A stretch of 64,000 bases of DNA. It comes from Camelus ferus (taxonomy: Eukaryota). Within the stretch, counting starts at the first letter, position 1. The number at the start of each line of letters is the position of its first letter. The notes under the pieces were generated by a model. The model saw only the letters and a program-made list of their open reading frames with translations, had not been told where the DNA came from and made no database searches. This document shows, in pieces, positions 56,056 through 64,000 of this stretch. Both the position numbers and the translations under genes were made by a program. The stretch is from contig NC_045696.1 of NCBI RefSeq assembly GCF_009834535.1, positions 81,284,001-81,348,000 of the forward strand. Reading direction: 5' to 3'.

Positions 56056-56658
56056 TTTACTTGTATATCTGCCCATTAGATTCTAATCTCCTCCAAAGCA
56101 AAGACTCAGTCTTACTCATTATTGCATGTTAACTTGCTTAACATACTAGTGAGTTAAATGAATGTCCCCTGTGGGTCAATCAAAACACATTTAATCCTAT
56201 GTTTTTAATAACATGTGTTGTCAAAACTTTCTTTCTGTTGGATATCTAAAGGCAATTTCTGAGTCCGTCTGAGTCATGAAAAAAGTCCTACTTAAAAAGT
56301 GATTCATACTGTTAATAAGTTAACAGTGGGCCAATAAAAGATTGATTTATGTGGCCCTATAATGGACATTAATACAAACCGAAGAGTTATTTTTTAGTTC
56401 CTTGCCTTCATGTGAATGCTGCGCATCAGGGAGCGATCTCTACAGAGTCAGGTGGGACGGTCTTGGATGTTAATTCCATGTGCTTGAATCGAGCTGGTGG
56501 GAACTATTGGATCACAAGTCAGGAGGCCTGGAGCTTGTCCTAAGTCAGCATGAAGACCAACTCTTTGGGCTTCGGTTTACTTGTATGTAAAATGAGGGGT
56601 GGCTTTACTGAGCTGTGGCACCTTTCTGTGCACTAACATTCTGTGAGTCTCTCTTTAG

Positions 56659-56725
56659 ATGAGACGGAGTATGAGTACAGCGGGAGTGAGGAGGAAGAGG
56701 AGGAGAACGACTCAGGAGAGCCCAG
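56659..56725 (+). CDS. TNIK: TNIK exon 11 (DETEYEYSGSEEEEEENDSGEPS)
   Basis: ctttag|AT ... CCCAG|gtagga; 67 nt; acidic linker. Confidence 0.96.
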
Positions 56726-58499
56726 GTAGGAGAGCGAGCAAGGCCGGCTTCTCCTTCGCACATTCTGAATTGTGGTTGTGTGGAATTCACATCCTTTTGA
56801 TTTATAGGTTCATTTTTAAGAATCCAGCAGAGTGATCTGATTTAATTTATTGTCCAGAAGCATACTTATTAATTTGGGAAAATTTCCCTAGGCAGATTTT
56901 TAAGAGAACATGGAAATCAGCACATTCTTTATGGGGTTTTCCAAGATTTATTTCCTGGTTTTCTCATGTATGTAATGTGTAGAGTGGGTAGCAGGCAATT
57001 ATCTGGGTAATACAGGTCTAACAGTACCTAAAACTGCCACTTTCTGGAGACCTAAGTGGTACTTTGGGGCTTGAGTTATTCAGTCCAATCCATTACTTCA
57101 TACCTTGGAGACATTTAGGCAGCCACTGTCCTTGTCACATGCCATGGTATTTTCACCACAGCCTAATCCAAGAGGAAACAATTTCCAGGAAATCAGATTA
57201 CACTCTAGAGGTGAACCCTAAATAGAAGCTCCCAGGCCCACTCCTGTTGTCACATGTTGGACCCCAGAACCTAGTGCTGCTTTATGATCATCCCTACGTT
57301 TTGAATTTCACTTGACTTTGACACTGACTTTCTCCTGGTCTGTGTTTATAAATAATTAATGCCAGTGTGCCCACACTGCCAGGATTTCCCTTTTGTAAGA
57401 GCATTCAGCTGACAGCAGCTTGGTGAGTCCAGGGGCACAGGCCTACACACCACTCTGGGTACACTGTACATACAAAGTGAGAGCTGTTGGAAAAAATGGA
57501 CAAAGCAAGAGGGTCCCTGGGGTATGCGGGTCCCCATCTTCTAGCCATCTAAGGAGAGGACCCCTGTACTCATGAAGGAACAGTTCCTGTACCACTGGGC
57601 AGAGCTTCGGAACCAGGGAAAGGGCCAGCTCAGCCACGCTGCTAGAACGAGCTAGTGTGTTCTTTTTCTGGGCTAATTCAGACCCACCAGGCTGGATTAT
57701 TGCTAAAACTACTGGAAGAGGCTGGCACTGGGCTTACAGGACCATCAGTTTTTCTCTCTTCACCTGCTACAGAAATTTTCAAGGTCAAAGACAAGGAGAA
57801 TGCTTTCCTTCCATCTGGATACTTAACATGTCGCCACCCCCAGTTTAGCTGCATAAAGATGATGACTGCCAAGGAGTGACATGGAAAATGAACATTCTTG
57901 TAAGGGAGAGGACCAAATGCCCTACTTTCTGAGCAGTTGTATGCCATCTATCCAAAGCTCACCTGACAGTCGTGTCAGCCCTTCTATGTGGAACTGAGAA
58001 CCTCGTCTTAACTAACACTTGCTAAACCACATGTTAGGAGTCACTTAGTGGGTGACCTAGCCATCCTTTAGTACTTCTCTGATTGTAACATGTCATTATA
58101 TCACATTGAAGACTATGTTCCAAGTCCTGTTTTATGTACACATTTAATTAATCTTTTCGAAATCCTGAAAGGTAAAAAGGGACAGCGGTTATCTCATTTT
58201 TGAAATGGGATAACAGCCCAACAGTGGCTACCAAGTCACACATCAAGTTAATGATTGAGTCACTAATACAGCTCAGGTCTCCTGACACTGATTCAACATC
58301 AGTTAATATTAATGGCGCATCCTTGTGTGCATGTGAGGCTGGGTTCCCTGAGCCCCACCACCTCATTGCACAGAGCACGTGGCCTGAGTAGGTGAGCCTG
58401 CCGTTGGGGGTGGTGTAGAGTTCTACACAAAGGCTGTAGGTTTCAAAGGAGGCTCATTAGTAGAATCCAAACACGGTCTACGAATGGAGCCTTTTATGT

Positions 58500-59370
58500 C
58501 ATTTTGAAGCAGTATCTCACATAGCACACTATCCACTCTCTAAGACAGAATAATTCCCGGCTCAACCACCAAACCTGCTCCTCCCCAGTCATTCCCCATC
58601 CCAGTTTGCATCACCACCATAGCCCAGATGCCAAGGAAAAACCTGCAAGTCATCCCTCACTCCACACATTTGATGCCTCAATAGGTTTCATTAACTTTGC
58701 CCCAGATGCTTTTCCCAGCCTCCATCCCCACCTGGCCAGTCCCTGCAGTAGCAGCCAAGCTGGTGGCCTTGCTTGCCCTGGTACCCCCTGCAGAATATCA
58801 TCTATGCAGCGGCCAAACAAATCTGATCATGTTGCTCTCCTGCTAATAAGCTTTCCATGCGTGGCTCCCACGGCCACACGCTTTGCCCTCCCCGCGCTAT
58901 CCTGACCTCCTCCTGTGCCACTGGGAAGACCACCTGGGGCTCAGTCCCTCAAAAAGGCCACGTCTGTTCCCACAACAGACCCCCTAAACTTGCCTTCCTT
59001 TCTGCGTGGAAGGCTCTTCCCCTGCCTCTTCCTGTGACTGACTCTGCGTCATTTGGGGCTTAGCCCAGCTGTCACCTTCTCCGAGAGGTCTTCCCTGACC
59101 ACCCCATCTAAAGCAGGACCCTTCATCCTTATCTCAGCGCCCTGCCACTGTCACTCTTAAACTATTACACTAATTTTTGTCTTCTGTAGACTATTAATAT
59201 CTGAAGTTACATTATTTGTAATAATTTGCCTGTCTAATTATTTGTCTGTCTCACTTCCCCACAAGAAAATAACTCGAGAGAGAATTTGTTTAGCTACAGC
59301 TATGCCCGCTAGAGCCTGTAATAGTGCCTGACACATAGTGGGTACTCAATAATTATTTAGTGGATGTATT
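58500..59370 (+). mobile_element. L2 3' fragment
   Basis: aaatctgatcatgttgctctcctgc...gtcaccttctccgagaggtcttccctgacc...gtgcctgacacatagtgggtactcaataa. Confidence 0.75.
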
Positions 59371-59829
59371 TCAAGTGGAAGCTGCCAGGAAGATTAAAAG
59401 GGCTAAGTCAACATGAACAAGCAGGAGCCACTTCCCGCCTTCTTGCTGGGCTGCTGGGCAGAACCAAGGAGTCTGTAGCCTGAGCTGTTGTAGGAGGTGA
59501 CGTGGGTGTGAACACTAGACCCGACTTAGTAGAACAGCCTCCTTTGCTGCTCCCAATTGTTCATTTTTATTTGTTAGCTTAGTTCTTGACTTTCTTAAAA
59601 GTGAAAATAAGTTGGTCTGGAGCTCAGCGCTTGCATACTCACTAAAGTCCTTAGAAACAGATCTTTGCCACAGAGGTCCCAAGGGTGAGGGAACAGTGCG
59701 GACCGTCGGGAGAGAACCGGGATGGAGCACTGACTCCAGGAATGTGACATCTCTGTGGGGATGGAGACAGCACATGCATGCAGCAGTCACACTGGTGGGG
59801 AGGCTGAACACGTGGCTCTTACCTGGACT

Positions 59830-60435
59830 CTCTTTCGCGGGGTGGTGGGGTGAGAGGTGGAGTTAACGGAGGATCTGAGACCCCAGGCTTGAGCGTGTGG
59901 CCTTTCCCCGCAGGTGGGTGAGGTCTCATCCCTGCTCTGCTTCCTGGGGACCCTCGGTAGCGAGGGCCCTGCCCCGCACGGGTGCCTGATCTCTCTTTCT
60001 CCTGCCCGCAGCTCCATTCTGAACCTGCCCGGGGAGTCGACGCTGCGGCGGGACTTCCTGAGGCTCCAGCTGGCCAACAAGGAGCGCTCCGAGGCCCTGC
60101 GGCGGCAGCAGCTGGAGCAGCAGCAGCGGGAGAACGAGGAGCACAAGCGGCAGCTGCTGGCCGAGCGCCAGAAGCGCATCGAGGAGCAGAAGGAGCAGCG
60201 GCGGCGGCTGGAGGAGGTGAGGACCCGCTCCGCCCGCTCTGCGTCCCACAGTTCCTGGCTGGGGTCCCTTCGTGGGGGTCCGCCGTGGGCCCGGATCCCA
60301 CCGGTAAGGTCAGGGCCACAGCCTGTATGGAGCGCACGCGCTTGAACTGACAAAGAGTTTGCGGCCAAGTGCACCTACGAGCAGGGAACTTCCCTTGCTT
60401 GGGGCGATGTGGCCTTGGTGTGGTCACTTCCGAGA
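59830..60435. promoter_or_regulatory. Intragenic CpG-rich (CpG-island-like) patch centred on exon 12
   Basis: Dense CG dinucleotides and very high GC in exon 12 and both flanks, against an AT-rich, CpG-depleted background; function not shown. Confidence 0.55.
60012..60216 (+). CDS. TNIK: TNIK exon 12 ([68 protein letters not shown])
   Basis: ccgcag|C ... GAG|gtgagg; 205 nt; start of coiled coil. Confidence 0.97.
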
Positions 60436-60459
60436 AGCTGGTGGGGACCTCACCCCCTT

Positions 60460-60790
60460 CGGGTCCTGCTCAGGTATCACCTTCTCAGTGAGGCCTCCTT
60501 GACCCCCTCACTTAAAATCGCAGCCCCTCCCTCTTGCATGTCCTGTCACTCTGCCAGGCTTTATTAGGTCAAATAGCTGTTATCACCTTCACACGTAATC
60601 CATAGATACTTCCATGTCTGTCTCTCCCCACTAGAAAGTAAGCTCCTTGAGGGCGGGGGTTTTATCCCTTTGTATCTCTTTTTGTCTCTTTTATCTCTTA
60701 TCTCCACGTCATGTATTTAGATGTTAGTGTCTAAAACAGTGCCCAGCACACAGTAGATGCCTCATAAATATTCATGAAATGAATGAACTA
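60460..60790 (+). mobile_element. L2 3' end
   Basis: tcaccttctcagtgaggcct...ccccactagaaagtaagctccttgagggc...acagtgcccagcacacagtag...gaatgaa. Confidence 0.8.
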
Positions 60791-61509
60791 ATGTACAAAT
60801 GAGTCAATGTCTGAGAGGTGAAATATGGGTGTTAACTAGACCACAGTGAGTAGGCAGAGAAGTGAAGTGCCAAGTATGGAAAAACAGGGACTGACTATCA
60901 CTACTCCTTGGTTATTCTTCTGAACACTGGAGAAAGCATTTCACAAGTCTTTGCACACACGCCTTGGTACCCAGGGCCTGTCCTGCAGCTTTCTAGCAAA
61001 ACTTGCCTTCACCAATAGGCGTGCTGTCATCTGTGTGGGAACCCATACCGCCAGCCGCACTTTCCTGCCTGGCTTGTCCTGGGCCAGGCTCTCACTCGTG
61101 TCGTCTTTCAGACGTTTATTAAAACCTCCTTCACAGAACTTTGGTCCAGGGCCTCCTTCCTTCTGCCAGATAAATCAAAGCCTCTAGACAATTAGGAAAC
61201 TGAGAGACCATAGCTGTTGAGGAAGTTGGATGGCAGATGAAAGGTTCACTAAGTGCACGGTAATGGGGTAGTAATTTTACAGTTCTCCCAAACACCATCT
61301 TGCTTCTCATTAACAGTTTAACAGCAATTCACTTGCTCTGTCAGGTGGCCACTGCAGTTAGAGGGTGGTGAATTGCAGACTCCAGGAGCAGACTGCTTTT
61401 TAAATGGTACATCCAGATCCAGCCTTCCGGTTTAAATCAGTGAGGGCCTCCGTTCTAGTTTGCAATAAATCCCACCATCCTCATTATGTCCCTGGAATAT
61501 TAGTATGCA

Positions 61510-61770
61510 GACCAGCAACAATAGCAATTCCTGAGTGACTTCTGCGTGCCAAATACTGCGTGGGATGCTTTGCTTCTGCCCAGGATCTCACCTGCGCTCC
61601 TCTCTTTGTATGTATCCATTACCTCTCGTACAAAGTGCACTTATCTCCATTTGACAAAGAGGAAACTGAGATTCAGGGAGGGGAAATCATTGGTCCCATG
61701 TCTCAGAGCCAGTAGGTACAAAGCCAGGATTCATACCGTCTCGCTGTTCCCAAAGTCCACACAGGCCTTG
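61510..61770 (-). mobile_element. MIR SINE
   Basis: tctccatttgacaaagaggaaactgagattcagggagggg. Confidence 0.65.
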
Positions 61771-62879
61771 AGGCAGTAAGAGTACATACGTCATCAGAGC
61801 CTTGAACTGTGATCCTCAGAATTGAACCTTGTAAGCGTCTGCAAACAGCAGTAGGCAAATGAAGCACTTTCCAATGTATGTAACTCAGGGATGTTGGCAA
61901 TGTGACGAATGCTCAGCACATGAAAGGTTTGAAGTTCACCTCCCATCCCCTGTTCTCAGAATTACACTGTCATAGACGGAAGCACTTTAGCACTGAGGGG
62001 CAGAGGCCTTCAGAGGAGCAGGAAAGGCAGGGTGAAGGCAGGTGTGGGTGTTAATGAGCCAGCTCTCAGAAGTGAAGTACAGAGTGTAGAAGTGGAGGCG
62101 CCCGCATCACCTCGGGTTACTCTCCTGGGCACAAGCTGAAATTCTCAGACAGGTCCTTGCAGCTGTACTTTGGTGGCATCTCCTTCTGCCTGCCCAGGGC
62201 CAGCTGCAGCCTCCATCCTGGCCCCAGCCCAGAGCTGCATGATTTCCTTCAGTCCATAGGGTCTCCCGAGGACCAAGGGCCTCTGCTGTTTGCATCCAAG
62301 GCTTACAAATCCCGACTTGTGATCAAACCTCCCTCCCAGCCAGGCAGTGCCCTCTCAGGCTCGGCCCCTTATCCTGCCTTTCCTGCTTTTTTCCTGGCTT
62401 GTGGGTTTTTTGTTTTTTTGTTTTTTTTTCCCTTCCAAGAGCACTTCCCAAGGCCCTCACCTCATTGGAGCATCACACCGTAGAAATCTTGACCATTTGC
62501 CTTTCCCCTGTCTGGTTAATGGGTTCCTTGCATAGGGACTTGCTACACTTAGTTTCAGGCTAAAGACACTTATCATGTAACCCTAGAAAATCTCCACTGT
62601 CATCCCATAAAACATTTAACGCACTGGAGAATGCAGACGTGTGCATGTGTACACAGACACAGACACACCTATGAATTTCCTTTTTCTTCTTTTTTTTTTT
62701 TTTCATTTTAACACTAGAACTCTTGGCCCTTGAGCCTAGGCCCTAAATCAGTATAAAGTCTCCAGAGGGTGCATTGCATTGTTTTGTTTTGTTTTGTTTT
62801 GTTTAGGTTTTCCTCCCCTCCTACTTGGTATGATTTATTTAAACATTATATTTTTTCCTTCAAGTTGCTAGAATAGCAA

Positions 62880-63090
62880 TTTCTAACAGTTATGAAGCAT
62901 TTAAGCATAGGCGGGTACTCTGTTCAGTACTTCATGTGAATTGTCTCATTTAATCCTCACAATAACCCCCAGTCTAAAAATAAAGCAGCTGAGTCTCAGA
63001 GAGGTTTATAACTTGCTAAAAGTCGCACAGCTTGAGACAAAACCAGTTTCAATCCCATGGGACTGGACGCCAGAGCCCAACCACTGTCAC
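62880..63090 (-). mobile_element. MIR SINE
   Basis: tctcatttaatcctcacaataaccc...ctgagtctcagagaggtttataacttgc. Confidence 0.7.
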
Positions 63091-64000
63091 TGCGTCTGTC
63101 CTGCCTCTCACCTGGTAAACCAGAGTCAGTGTGCTCTTCCCCGGTCTTCACCTGGCCTCTGCTTCTGTGGTCTTTTATGCTGAGAATTTAAGGATTTCTG
63201 AGCAAGGTCAAAGAAGCTGCACCCAGCAGGCGCTCATCTTGGATTCTGGTTCTCAGGCTTCCTGTCAGATCTATCTTGGATATGAGTCAGCATTCAGACT
63301 CAGTGGGGCATGAGTGTCCCGCAGGCTCACCCTCTACATCCCCATGGGCACAGAAAGGGTGCCCGGAGACACCTTGCTCTGGGCACCAATGTGCACCACC
63401 CTGGCTTCTCACCAGAGGCAGGAACACTTGTGGCCACAGGGCATCAAGGGCTTATACCAACTTTATCTTTTGATCCTTTATCTTGCCCCTGTTGCTGAAC
63501 AGAGTAAAAAAATACTAAATACTCAGATGGCTGTACGTTCTGAACCCTACGTAATGACCATCCCAGCCATCATGGACTCCTCTCCCGCCTCCTGCCCTGC
63601 AGGATCCCATCTGCGTCTGCTGCCCTGGCCTGTGGTGACCCCTTGTGTTTCTGGTCCTGAGGAGGAGCCTGGACCACATTGTCACATGAAAGTAATTAAA
63701 GCCCATGATTAGCCTTGCAAATTTTGCTTCACTGTGGATCAGGTGACCTGGTGAAGGCATCCCGGGAAATGCATTCCCATTTCCAAATGAAGACCCCCGT
63801 TTGGTGACACAAGACAGTATGGGTTGCAGCCTTTGACTTCCTCAGGGATCTCACATGTCACCTCCTACCAGAGGTTTCTGAGGAATCCCTGCCTGCCATT
63901 GGCTATTTATAGGTAGCCGTGTGGATCCGGCCAGGTTCTAAATCAGTATCTGTATATTCTTAGAAGCACTTTGTCCACTGAATGGAGTCATTTATCAGCT

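Noticed and set aside
59787..60427. Long antisense and alternate-frame ORFs (195, 202, 122, 107 aa) over exon 12
   Set aside because: Expected by-product of extreme GC3 (few stops in other frames); low-complexity translations with no recognisable protein

Overview
Mammalian genomic DNA, most likely a camelid (five tRNA-derived Vic-1-type SINEs). The window is an internal segment of TNIK (TRAF2- and NCK-interacting kinase, Ste20/GCK-IV family) on the + strand. It holds nine consecutive intact coding exons (4-12 in human numbering, 1041 nt, about residues 61-407: most of the kinase domain and the start of the coiled coil). All introns are GT-AG with matching phases. The introns carry L1, L2, MIR, MaLR/ERVL LTR, Tigger/MER2 and hAT-like fossils plus microsatellites; repeat subfamily names are from recall and need RepeatMasker confirmation. 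Most notable non-genic observations: (1) a ~908 bp Mutator-like (MULE/MuDR) DNA-transposon fossil with long TIRs, a 9-bp TSD and readable DDE-transposase motifs, inserted into a MIR just after exon 4; (2) a SINE+L1-3'-end composite bounded by a single TSD; (3) a young L1 nested in an older L1 with an apparent 3' transduction; (4) exon 12 with 67/68 G/C-ending codons inside a CpG-rich patch; (5) several competing splice-site candidates. No new gene system is supported by the sequence.
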